Below, one piece after another: positions 10,744 to 20,581 of a stretch of 64,000 bases of DNA. The DNA lies in the NCBI GenBank assembly GCA_965644495.1, contig CBFFSA010000005.1:186001-250000 (forward strand). The letters are read 5' to 3'. This stretch comes from Perkinsela sp. CCAP 1560/9 (Eukaryota > Protista > Euglenozoa: Kinetoplastea). Both the position numbers and the translations under genes were made by a program. Under the pieces are notes generated by a model, which saw only the letters and a list, made by a program, of their open reading frames with translations, was not told where the DNA came from and searched no databases. How positions within the stretch are numbered: position 1 is the first letter of the stretch; each line of letters starts with the position of its first letter.

Positions 10744-11094
10744 ATGACTCAGATTGGACAATACCCCACCGTACAGCGCTATAACCGGATGCCCACACGT
10801 ATGAAGGTGCGCCTATTTTGGGCCTGTGCCATTTCTCTTGTGGTGTACTACCAAGGTGTAAAGCTTGGTACCACCCGCTCTTCTCCGAAGTGGTTGGAGC
10901 ATCGATACCTGCAGTACGAGAAGGAGATGCCAGAGGAAGTAATGAAGCGAACCGCCTCGGACCGTGAAATGCGAGATACCTACAGTTTGCACAACATGTT
11001 ACGAGTACCCACCCCTGGGGAGTTTTCAGTCGCAATGAAGGATGAGCTCAACCCCTCGCGCCTAGCCGTCGAGAGCTCTTTCACTAAGAAATAA
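10744..11094 (+). CDS. small single-pass membrane protein
   Basis: 116-aa ORF with one TM segment (LFWACAISLVVYY); co-oriented, pyrimidine tract upstream. Confidence 0.6.
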   Translation: MTQIGQYPTVQRYNRMPTRMKVRLFWACAISLVVYYQGVKLGTTRSSPKWLEHRYLQYEKEMPEEVMKRTASDREMRDTYSLHNMLRVPTPGEFSVAMKDELNPSRLAVESSFTKK

Positions 11095-11133
11095 CTATGA
11101 AATGATGTGTATAGAGTCCCGATGCTGCCGGAG

Positions 11134-11220
11134 AACAAGCCACTCAAGTCTCTTGATCAAGGAGACTTGAGTGGCTTGTTGCACTACAAAAGGATCATTA
11201 AAGTTTAATGATCCTTCTGT
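11134..11220. repeat. two adjacent inverted repeats
   Basis: aacaagccactcaagtctc / gagacttgagtggcttgtt (19-bp perfect arms, 11134-11180) and aaggatcattaaa-g-tttaatgatcctt (13-bp perfect arms, 11190-11216). Confidence 0.9.
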
Positions 11221-11402
11221 AATCTTCTGAACGTTGGCTTACCTTGTCGCGGGGGGGCTTGAGAACCACAATATTTGATCCATTTATAAATCTTTGCATG
11301 TTTCTAACATCTATTTCAAGGCACGTGATATTCTTCTATGCTTTAGCAATATTGAACTTAGCAATAGTAGATGTACAGCTCCGAGTTGTGTCTGATCGAA
11401 TA

Positions 11403-12482
11403 ATGAATGCGATTAAGTTCCCATGTGAAACTTGGAGCGAACTGATAAAAAGTGTAAGAGATATGCAATCCACAAATAAATCATGTGATAAGCCATCATC
11501 CTCTCTCATTGATCCAGACACAGAAGAAAGAACTTGTCGCGTGCTAAAACCCACAGTTTTACATTCAAAATCATGTTCCGCTGAGGAAAATCTTGGGCTC
11601 GTCCCATTGTCCGATATTTTTTCTCGAGGCATGTACAAAGAAAATGTCAATCGATGTACAAATTCTCCCTCTTTGGAACTACAATCCGAAAACCGCGAGA
11701 ACTATCACAAGGTGGAATTAGTCGGCGGCATCATTGAGGAGGTATGGGGGGAACGAGATCCCTGGAACATTTATGTTTCTCTAAGGGACCCGAGTCATTG
11801 CCGCGTTGCGGCATGTGTACACACCTCTTGCTTAGCAACTTATCCCGCACTGCGAGTGGTAGGTACCGCAATTCTTTTAAGTTGTCCTTCTATCGTGTGG
11901 GTACCGAATATCGAAATTAGCGAAAATTCCCCTAAGTCGCCAGTACTTCCCCTTCTAATAATTACGTTACGCTGCATAAAAAGGGTTATACCACTATCAA
12001 AACACTTAAACAATTCTAATACCGGCAATACTGTGGCTTCTGAGTCATACAATTTCGAAAGAAATTCCACTGATACAGAAGCAGTCGAAATCTATGCGAG
12101 CGATGCGTCTCACCACCCATCTGTAGTACATGGTAACGAAAAGGGGGAAGAGAGTGACTTTGAGGCTTATTTGTCTGGCCTCAAATACAAAGAACCTTCT
12201 ATGTCATATTCTCGAGCCAATGGTTTAGGTGCGCTCTCTAGCGCTTGTTCTCCTGTCTATCACAGGGATATTCATGTGACTGGCGATACGGGTTACGCGA
12301 ATTTCAGCATATCAGGGTACGCGACAGAAGAAAACCACTCTTTATCGACCTTTTTGAAAAGTCGGAGTACTCTGTCACCCGTTAAAAGCTTTTCAAATTT
12401 CTCTGAGATAGACAAAAAAAATGTTTCTACACCTTGTTCCGACGTTGCTCAGCCAGCGACTCCATGGGATGAATTTCTCTAA
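11403..12482 (+). CDS. HROB/MCM8IP-like OB-fold protein
   Basis: VSLRDPS..VAACVH..VGTAILL..LIITLRCIKRVI resembles the HROB OB-fold; flanks disordered; start uncertain. Confidence 0.6.
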   Translation: MNAIKFPCETWSELIKSVRDMQSTNKSCDKPSSSLIDPDTEERTCRVLKPTVLHSKSCSAEENLGLVPLSDIFSRGMYKENVNRCTNSPSLELQSENRENYHKVELVGGIIEEVWGERDPWNIYVSLRDPSHCRVAACVHTSCLATYPALRVVGTAILLSCPSIVWVPNIEISENSPKSPVLPLLIITLRCIKRVIPLSKHLNNSNTGNTVASESYNFERNSTDTEAVEIYASDASHHPSVVHGNEKGEESDFEAYLSGLKYKEPSMSYSRANGLGALSSACSPVYHRDIHVTGDTGYANFSISGYATEENHSLSTFLKSRSTLSPVKSFSNFSEIDKKNVSTPCSDVAQPATPWDEFL

Positions 12483-12618
12483 AATGGATTTTTTTAAAAT
12501 GGGATGAATTTCTCTAGAAGTTTCTCGTATTTTATTTTATCTGCTCACATTCTCGTATCAATTTAGTGTGAATTTACAATCTGCAGGTATGACTGTCCTC
12601 ATAGTATGAAAAAGAATA

Positions 12619-13636
12619 CTGTCACCCCCCCTTTATACTTCAGGGGGGTCACCCCCCTCTTTATACTTCCGTTTTCATCCAGACGAAAAATCTGGACCCC
12701 CATTTATACTTCCAGTGCAAAAAAAAATAGCGCCGCTTCGCGGCGCTATTTTTTTTTTTTGAACAAATTTCTACATTTTTTTTATTAAAAGAGATGTGTG
12801 TAGAGATATTGCTAGATATACATGTAAATTATTTGCCGTATTTTTCCCATGCCATTACTCACAGTGGGTTAAGCATTATCCCCCTCTTCATCGCGTTGGA
12901 CCTCCCAAAGAAATAATAGTTTCAAGCGCGCGCCTGCGACGTTACCAGTGTCCGTCGGTTCACCTCAGGGAGGAAAGAACTCAACAATATACGTAGGATA
13001 TGTACAATATATGTAGGAGAAGTTGAATGTACATTCGAGTATGTCATTCGAGTAACAGTGCTCAACAAATCAACGAGAAGTACGGCGTCTGATCTCGAAC
13101 CATCCGCTCCATTCGGAAAAATAGTGTCGGATTTTTCCAGAAAAAAATAAATCTATCGTGGTCGCAAGCGCGATGGGGTTTGCACAAAGACAAACATGTC
13201 GAGATGCAAAAAAATTAACGAACTACTCCTTGGCGAACTGGGAGGGATGACAGCCAGCGCGGACATGCGCCTGGTGCAGCAAAGGCGAATGTACATCGTT
13301 TCAAAGACTGTCACATGAAGCTTCTAATGGTAGATCGTACCGACACGTATTCATTACAGCGTAGTATGCAGCGTATGTTGATTGTGTGCAAGAGGAACAC
13401 GAAAGCAAACATTATGCCCTGCGTGTTTAGAGATTAGATGATTGATTTTTAGCTAGAATAATAGGAAACCAGCGCCGCGAAGCGGCCCATTTTTTTTGAC
13501 CCTTTTTCAAAAAGATTTGTTCCGCGGATTTTTCAAAAAATCAGACCCCCCCCCTTTATGCTTCCGAAAGTCAGACCCCCCGCTTTATACTTCCAAAAGT
13601 ACCGAAACCGGCGGTGGTATAAAAGGGGGGTGACAG
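12619..13636. mobile_element. 1018-bp non-autonomous pogo/Tc1-mariner-type element
   Basis: 20-bp TIRs CTGTCACCCCCC(C/T)TTTATAC (19/20), TA on both sides, subterminal CCC-TTTAT(A/G)CTTC repeats at both ends, internal relic HTH. Confidence 0.85.
13060..13122 (+). pseudogene. relic pogo/CENP-B-like HTH fragment of transposase
   Basis: Translates as AQQINEKYGV*SRTIRSIRKN, resembling the IAxKYGVSxSTIxxIxKN HTH, with an in-frame TGA. Confidence 0.45.
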
Positions 13637-13836
13637 TAGTATGAAAAATTTATGACATACTTTTTTTGTGTCCACTTATTTTTTTTTCTTTTTTTCCTAT
13701 TATATTAATCCGAGATCGGATTGATCTCGTATAACATGAAACTGATTCGGCATACAGTGCTCAAACCCTAAAATCAAAGTCTCTTTACCATCAAAATTTA
13801 ATTTCCTCTCTCCTCTCTCTCCTTTTTTGTACCACG

Positions 13837-14688
13837 ATGAATATTATATCCTTCACCATCTCGCTTGTTATTTTTGCAGAGGATCGCATGCCTACTGCCA
13901 CGGCTTCACGTCGCGGAAAAGTTCGAGGGGCCGTACTTTCCCAGGACATGGAAATGCGCGGTCTTGTGACGAACGTCCGTGCAGGACGAGGTGATAAGTT
14001 CAACGAGAGTTCCGCGTGCAACTGGCTCGGTGTGTCATGCAACAGTGAACAGCAAGTAGAGAAAATCACTTGGACGATGCAAGATCTAGAAGGAAATCTT
14101 ACTTGGAGCTTCTTACCACGCACCTTGTTCGTACTCGAGGTTGGTCATAACCGTCTTTTTGGAGAAGTTCCGATGTCGCTTTTCCCTTCTGATCTCTTTC
14201 GTATAGAATTTGAATACAACAAGTTTAGAGGCGAATTTGATGCAACTTCTCTTCCATCCGCTTTGAGTGAGATTTGGTCTTCTGAGACTCATTTTAATGG
14301 GTCGCTTGATCTTACAGGGCTTCCGAAACACCTTAGCAGAATTTCGTTCAGGAAAAACGAGTTTTCAGGAGAATTAAATTTGTCTCTTCTGCCAGATTCC
14401 TTAAAAAGGCTTTATTTGCACGAGAACTGCTTTACCGGGGTTATCGATTTGACGCACCTTCCACTTCACTTAAAAACGTTGTACTTGTCCGATAATGAAT
14501 TAGAGGGCGAACTCGTCTTCAAGAACTTGCCTAAAGGCTTAAAAGCGGTTTATATTGGGGGAAACCGTTTTGTAGCAGTGCGTTTCGATCTATTGCCAGA
14601 ATCTTTACTTGTCATTAACATTCAAAACAACGACCGAGTGCTGAAATATTCTTCGCCTCTCCCCCATTGTGTGACAATTGAGCAATAA
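13837..14688 (+). CDS. leucine-rich repeat protein with N-terminal hydrophobic segment
   Basis: CNWLGVSC LRR cap followed by ~24-aa LPxxLxxLxLxxNxFxGxLDLTx repeats; resembles the LRR family I recall as expanded in Perkinsela. Confidence 0.88.
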   Translation: MNIISFTISLVIFAEDRMPTATASRRGKVRGAVLSQDMEMRGLVTNVRAGRGDKFNESSACNWLGVSCNSEQQVEKITWTMQDLEGNLTWSFLPRTLFVLEVGHNRLFGEVPMSLFPSDLFRIEFEYNKFRGEFDATSLPSALSEIWSSETHFNGSLDLTGLPKHLSRISFRKNEFSGELNLSLLPDSLKRLYLHENCFTGVIDLTHLPLHLKTLYLSDNELEGELVFKNLPKGLKAVYIGGNRFVAVRFDLLPESLLVINIQNNDRVLKYSSPLPHCVTIEQ

Positions 14689-15122
14689 GCAATTTACTGA
14701 TGTGGAATTCTTATCATTGTTAATACATAGGGAATCATACAAACTTTACTCGAACAGAAAAGCAGTGTCCTTTTAATACTATTGAATTCGCATGCGGGAT
14801 GAGTATTGAGCGCAGCGTTTATTCTTTTATTTTAAGACTTATTTCTACATGCTGTAAAAGCATGTATTGAAAATATAAGCTCAGGGTTTGAAAAAAGAAA
14901 GTATGGATCGAAAGCTACATATACAAGGGTGGTTACCTAGCGGAGAGATAATCTGCGCCGGAAGGAATAAAAAGATAATTGAAAGCATCATTGAAAATGA
15001 CATACATGTACAAATAACTGCATATACATGTATTTTCAAAAAACGTTCTTCCACTCTTTTTTCTGGTCATGCTGCTTGTTTGCCCACTAATTGGTCATTG
15101 TAAAGGAAGCATCGTAGAAAAA

Positions 15123-18100
15123 ATGAGTGTACCATCCAGCTTGCAAGTTAAAGGATGCGCAGGAGATACGAAATGGCCTGCATGTAATTATTTAGTCCAG
15201 GTGACTACCTGCGAATTTAACGAGGCATTATCGGCCCTAAAGTCCCAGGAATGTGTTGAGCCTACTAAAGATACAAAAATTGTGTCCGTGACTGCACCAA
15301 AAAATGCTTCGGGATTCCTCCCTGGGGACACTATATTATTGCAACCTACTAACTGTGATAGTGGTAGGAGTGTTTATGCGGCTTTACAATACAATTTAAT
15401 GGATTTTGAAACTGTTCAGGACTTTCTGTTAAATTGGGCTAAAGCGATGCCAGGAATAGAGCAAGCCAGCTACATATGGAATGCCGGATTTCACAGTTTT
15501 TCTGCCTTTCTTCAATTTCTTCGCACTTCAAAAAAAAGTAATGAGCTTACAAATTTACAGGAAATTTTATTTAACATAGTTTACTGCTTGCATTACTCAG
15601 GATTTCCGTACAGCGCTCGACATATTGTCCAACGAGTAAGTCAGTGCACAGGGGATAGATTTATTCGAGAAAGATGCCTCACTTTCCTGGAAAATCACTT
15701 CAAGATCTTTCCAAATCTGAGATATACTTCTGTTCTGAGGCTTGCAGAGGAAAATGATTTAAATTTCTGCAAAGACCAGGATGATTTTGTGTCCAAAGAG
15801 ATGCCTAAAGATGTTATTGAGTACTTTTTCTCGAACTGCTCGTGGAACACGTTGGTGCAGCATGTACCTGAACTACCTTTTCCAGGCGAGCGAGATTCGT
15901 ATTTCACTTTGCTCAAAACTTTCTATAGCAGCACTAAATGTGTGCAGATTCCTTTTGAAGTGATCGGCATCAAAAGTGACGGGACGCTCTGTATTCGATG
16001 TAACCACAACACGCAATACGCACACTATATTGTGGGTATCCGTCAGCACTCGTTAGAAACCGATCAGGGTCCTACAAATTGCCATACCTCAGCGACTCAT
16101 TCAAAAAAGAATCAAGAGAATCACTACTACGCACTTTTTTGGTTTGGCTCCTACAACGTACAAAACAATATCATGTGTTTGATCAACAGTTCCCCGCAGG
16201 AGTTTGGCACATTGTTGCAAGCAGCAGTTCTCTCCTCAGTGGCCGCCGCGTCCTTCGCGACTGAGAAGAAAGGATGTGTGGGTTCGAATGGTAAGAAAAT
16301 GGAGGAAAGAAAGGCGCAGGGTCTCCATGGAGAAAGTCATAACGAAGTATCCAGTGTGACGCCTGGAGTAAACTCTGAGGGCAAATGTGATAAACATTTA
16401 CCAGGATCGGATTATGAATTGCGCTGTCTTTTAATAGAGGAAGAAGATGTGCTCGCGCCAGCATTAAGAAGACATACTTGGGTCGTACAGGAAAATGGAT
16501 CGTGCGCAAATAATGAGAGGCAGTCGTCCGATAAAGACTCCGATTTCCAATTAGATAATGCAGACGTGATGAAAAAAGTAGATGATCATAGTGCAAGTAA
16601 TGATGAGGATCAGCATATCAGCCAAGCCGGGGAGAGTAATCGCTGCCCAAACAGGAGATATAATATAAGGACTGTCCATGATCGATGGAGGGCAGCTCGC
16701 CGGCAACTTCCGCTCGTAGCTAAAAAGACATCTTCTTCTGTTAAACTAATATCAGAGACCAAAACGCTATCATGCGCTCTGAAACATTCTTCTGAATTAG
16801 TGCAAACAATGGAACAAATGGACAATCTACAGCATGAAATGACTTTTATTCGAGTAGTCGAACGAGCGCAAGACGCGACACAATGCGACGCGGAGATCTG
16901 TGATATGGCTGAGCTCCGAAAAGACAACGTTATTCCCGATCCTTTTACTTACGATGAAGAAATGTTCGAAAGTTTTTTGACTTCTAGACATCCATATCTC
17001 GACAGATACGGACATTCCTTAATGAAATTAAGAAATGAAATAGGAAAGAGTCTGTGGGGAAGTTGCATCGAGTTGACATCACAACCCTCGAACGACGAAT
17101 TTATGTTCCTGATCAATGCCATTAGATGTGTAATACCCAAGGGTCAGGCTATCGAACACATGGGAGAAGTAAGTGAACAAGCCCTTTTCTCGTGGTTACA
17201 TGCAACAAGTGATATCGATCATGCTTATAATTATTCCGAATTAAACGTTTCTCCTTTGTTTTGCATACCTCCAGTGCCTTCAAGTTCAACGGCGTTGCCT
17301 CCGCTTCCATTGTTTCCTTCAAAGAGTGAGAAAATGGAAGATAAAATAGCATTTCTCGAATTATGTCTTGCTCATTATGCGCACAGACTAAGGGAATGGT
17401 ATGAGGCAGTCAAAAAGGAGCAACATTCGTTACGTGGGGTTGTTGAAGAGCTTGGTTTCAAGAGGCTTGCCGCCAGCCGAATTATGAAATCTCCCACTAT
17501 TTTCGAGGTCCCTTACGTCGATTTGTTTATGTCACATTCACTGTCGATGAGTCGAGTACTAAGACCTTGCTTAGTAATGGTAAACCTCACGTACTCTCCT
17601 CTGTCAGTATCCAGCCTCGAGCCGTTGTTTCATCCCAAGCAAATAAGAAATCAGAAATTAGAATCCAGTGGTTGTGATTTAGTCTTCAAGTCTTCATTGA
17701 CCACAAAAGTGTCCGAACAACAATATTCAGAATCGTCGTCAGATTTTCGAAAAGGTTCTGTGGACCATCAAATTGACATTGCACCTTCAATAAGTCGTTT
17801 TCTCCGTTCATTTGAGGTGTGGTTCTCTTCGGATGTGGATTTGAACATGAAATATGAAAATAATGACATTCGTGCGCGACCACCTGCGCAAATAGCGTCT
17901 ATAGAACCAACAGCTATTCCTAGTTCTCTTGGAAACATTTTGATTTGGACTTGTGCTGCATCTGATGACACAGTTTCTTGGAAAATGGCTTCGCAGTTAA
18001 GCGTTTACTTAGCTAAGTGTGAGGCCTTCGAGACTGTTGCCTTAATCGGGCAGAAGTTCGTGGCACAAAGCTTGGAAAGTGAGATACAATCTCCCAAGAT

Positions 18101-19331
18101 AGCCATCCGTAACTTTTTCCAACAAAGAATGCACGCCACCGATGCCATTGTGCTACATGTCGAGGACTCCGCGTCACACCACACTATACAATGGATTTCA
18201 ATTCTGTTTCGCACGGCAAGGAAAGCTGCCTTTGTGGTTTGTAGTAAACGCTGGCAAAGAGCACACCTCTGCCCATCCCGATTTCCTCCATCTAAGAGCC
18301 GGGGAACAGTCCCCGACTCCGAAACAGCTCTCGCGAGAGCTAAGCATTGGATTTCCACTTATGTAAGTCCTGTTCTTTACCTCCGATGCATTCGACACCC
18401 AAAGCAATCCTTTTTCCCAGTGTTTCTGGACGCTACTGAAGAACTCGCTTCTCCTCTCCATAAGGACACAAGACGTTCACGAGATTATCTCATAGTTGAA
18501 TTCCCGGAGCGCGTCACCTTTTGTAATCGAATGTGTGGACGTTCATATTCCTGCGAGGGATATGGCAACCCTGGTTCGCACGGGGAGAGCAGTTTAAAAG
18601 AGATGTCCCACATCTGTACACGCCTGTGTAGGGAATGCAACGGATTGTGTGCCACAGAACGCTGTCCCTACCCCTGTGGTCGCTCCTTTCCCTCTTGTAA
18701 CCACGTGTGCTTTAAATCATGCGGGGAAAGCTGTGGAAAGTGCGAAGTTCCCGTTTTGTTGTCAATGGGCTGTGAAGGTGACCACGTGCTGACCGGATAT
18801 AACATCTTGGAGAAGGAATTTACGTATGAAAGTGTGCCGCACTATAAACAACTTCGTTGTAGCGAATCTCTGGGGGTACATAATTTGTGCTGTAGCGAGA
18901 AAAGCGAACGTACTTGTCAGACTTGTGGTTCCGTGTGGCAGGATGCCGAATGTCAAAGGGGACAATTTTCGCGCTGCCCGAACTGCAAAGAACAGAACTC
19001 TGAAATAGTGTCGTTGCTGTCCGAGAGGAATTCACTTTCGAAGCTTCGGCGCGCCCTTCGGTTGGAACTAAAGTTGGATGGAAACGCTTTCCTCGAGTTC
19101 GTCACGACAAGGAAAAATTTCATGTTGGGATGTCATTCAAAGCTTGTGATGGAGTATGCACTGGAAAAGGAAAAGTTTCTTATTTTAAATCAAGCAATGC
19201 GACAAACGGTTCAGGAAGTTGAAACAAAAAGTGAAAGAAATTCAGTACTGAAAATGCAGCTCACTTCTTCTTATCTAAATGGCGCGTACAACGAAAAATG
19301 TTCGTTTTTGGAACAAATGAATGTCGTGTAA
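15123..19331 (+). CDS. large ZNFX1-like protein with NF-X1-type Cys/His fingers and a degenerate SF1 helicase remnant
   Basis: HICTRLCREC..CPYPCGRSFPSCNHVCFKSCGESCGKC finger repeats preceded by DAIVLHV..ISILFRTARKAAFVVC, similar to helicase motifs V/VI. Confidence 0.55.
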   Translation: MSVPSSLQVKGCAGDTKWPACNYLVQVTTCEFNEALSALKSQECVEPTKDTKIVSVTAPKNASGFLPGDTILLQPTNCDSGRSVYAALQYNLMDFETVQDFLLNWAKAMPGIEQASYIWNAGFHSFSAFLQFLRTSKKSNELTNLQEILFNIVYCLHYSGFPYSARHIVQRVSQCTGDRFIRERCLTFLENHFKIFPNLRYTSVLRLAEENDLNFCKDQDDFVSKEMPKDVIEYFFSNCSWNTLVQHVPELPFPGERDSYFTLLKTFYSSTKCVQIPFEVIGIKSDGTLCIRCNHNTQYAHYIVGIRQHSLETDQGPTNCHTSATHSKKNQENHYYALFWFGSYNVQNNIMCLINSSPQEFGTLLQAAVLSSVAAASFATEKKGCVGSNGKKMEERKAQGLHGESHNEVSSVTPGVNSEGKCDKHLPGSDYELRCLLIEEEDVLAPALRRHTWVVQENGSCANNERQSSDKDSDFQLDNADVMKKVDDHSASNDEDQHISQAGESNRCPNRRYNIRTVHDRWRAARRQLPLVAKKTSSSVKLISETKTLSCALKHSSELVQTMEQMDNLQHEMTFIRVVERAQDATQCDAEICDMAELRKDNVIPDPFTYDEEMFESFLTSRHPYLDRYGHSLMKLRNEIGKSLWGSCIELTSQPSNDEFMFLINAIRCVIPKGQAIEHMGEVSEQALFSWLHATSDIDHAYNYSELNVSPLFCIPPVPSSSTALPPLPLFPSKSEKMEDKIAFLELCLAHYAHRLREWYEAVKKEQHSLRGVVEELGFKRLAASRIMKSPTIFEVPYVDLFMSHSLSMSRVLRPCLVMVNLTYSPLSVSSLEPLFHPKQIRNQKLESSGCDLVFKSSLTTKVSEQQYSESSSDFRKGSVDHQIDIAPSISRFLRSFEVWFSSDVDLNMKYENNDIRARPPAQIASIEPTAIPSSLGNILIWTCAASDDTVSWKMASQLSVYLAKCEAFETVALIGQKFVAQSLESEIQSPKIAIRNFFQQRMHATDAIVLHVEDSASHHTIQWISILFRTARKAAFVVCSKRWQRAHLCPSRFPPSKSRGTVPDSETALARAKHWISTYVSPVLYLRCIRHPKQSFFPVFLDATEELASPLHKDTRRSRDYLIVEFPERVTFCNRMCGRSYSCEGYGNPGSHGESSLKEMSHICTRLCRECNGLCATERCPYPCGRSFPSCNHVCFKSCGESCGKCEVPVLLSMGCEGDHVLTGYNILEKEFTYESVPHYKQLRCSESLGVHNLCCSEKSERTCQTCGSVWQDAECQRGQFSRCPNCKEQNSEIVSLLSERNSLSKLRRALRLELKLDGNAFLEFVTTRKNFMLGCHSKLVMEYALEKEKFLILNQAMRQTVQEVETKSERNSVLKMQLTSSYLNGAYNEKCSFLEQMNVV

Positions 19332-19531
19332 CAGATTTTTTGAATCTTATTGCACTCTTCCTTGCATATCTCTAATTATTGCCGAACACTAAATGTTTAT
19401 TTTTCGCATTTAAATTTCTTATTTATTGATAGCAATTGCATGGACTATATTCGAAATCAATGACTGAGTCGGGTTTTAAGTGTAGCGCTACTCATTTTAA
19501 TGAAAAAATAGTTTCGTACAATTTCTAGAAA

Positions 19532-20248
19532 ATGGGTTCAATCGCAATCGGGGACTATGTTGAGATTACTGTAAGAGACCCTGCCTCCCCGGGCAGGACG
19601 CTAACGAGAAATATGGATGAACGCGCGTTCAGTAGCTTGCACGTGCTAAATAAAGCAGTGGTACATGACAATCGCTATTTTATAGAAACCCTCGAAGAGC
19701 TTAAGAAATACCACCGGCCGGAATATGTATACAATATGCCAAACAGATACACTTGGAATTATCGCACCTACGAAGTTGCCTTGGCGATATGCAACGCCTA
19801 TCCTATAGAACCTTTTCAAATATCAGAATTAGACAAAGGGTTAGTGTTTTCAAAGCAGAATAAGGTACGCGTCCACTTTACTGAGTTTAATCTCCTCGAT
19901 AAATTTAACAATACACTTCCCGACTCGTGGCGTGTTCACGTGTCCAATAATAGCTTTCCAGACGGCCTATTGAGGGGTGAGAAAGCTAGCGCCTTTTTCA
20001 CTACCTGGAATGGTTTCGAAGTTAAGGATATAAGAAAGTGGCATGCGGAGACCTTGTGGTTCCATCACTATCAACAAAATTCGAAGGATGAAAGAGGCAC
20101 GGCTCTTTGGAAAGCAGTATTTTCCAAACCTGTCTATTTGTACGCCGGATTTCGACTGCCTTCCCTCTCAGAATCACAAATAGCACTCCTTCGCTCTCTG
20201 AATATTCGTCCTCTTGCCAGACGTGGCATACAATCTGTGCTTCTTTGA
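19532..20248 (+). CDS. hypothetical protein
   Basis: 238-aa co-oriented ORF with globular composition; no motif recognised. Confidence 0.6.
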   Translation: MGSIAIGDYVEITVRDPASPGRTLTRNMDERAFSSLHVLNKAVVHDNRYFIETLEELKKYHRPEYVYNMPNRYTWNYRTYEVALAICNAYPIEPFQISELDKGLVFSKQNKVRVHFTEFNLLDKFNNTLPDSWRVHVSNNSFPDGLLRGEKASAFFTTWNGFEVKDIRKWHAETLWFHHYQQNSKDERGTALWKAVFSKPVYLYAGFRLPSLSESQIALLRSLNIRPLARRGIQSVLL

Positions 20249-20581
20249 ATGACGTCCGCATTTCGAATTTTTGTGCTGATGCACAAAAAATAATTGCGAT
20301 GCAGGACAACGAAAGATTCAGACAACAAGTGGCTATATTTTTGATCAGCATTTATAACCTGTACGTAGATCAGGGTAATGTCTTGCACACCAATTTTTCT
20401 TGAGTTCCCAAAAATAATTGGATAATAGAATCCAGTCACATTACTTCAAAACTACCATGAAGTTTTATTTTATTCATGTGTTTAGAAACTTTTACCTTTG
20501 AACATCTTGGTATTTACGCCTTCTCGCTTATGCAACTAGTAGTGCGGCAGAACATCGTCCGTGAGACATCGAAGTAGCACT

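Noticed and set aside
11190-11200. aaggatcatta resembling the 18S rRNA 3' end
   Set aside because: 11-nt match within a palindrome arm; no surrounding rRNA sequence
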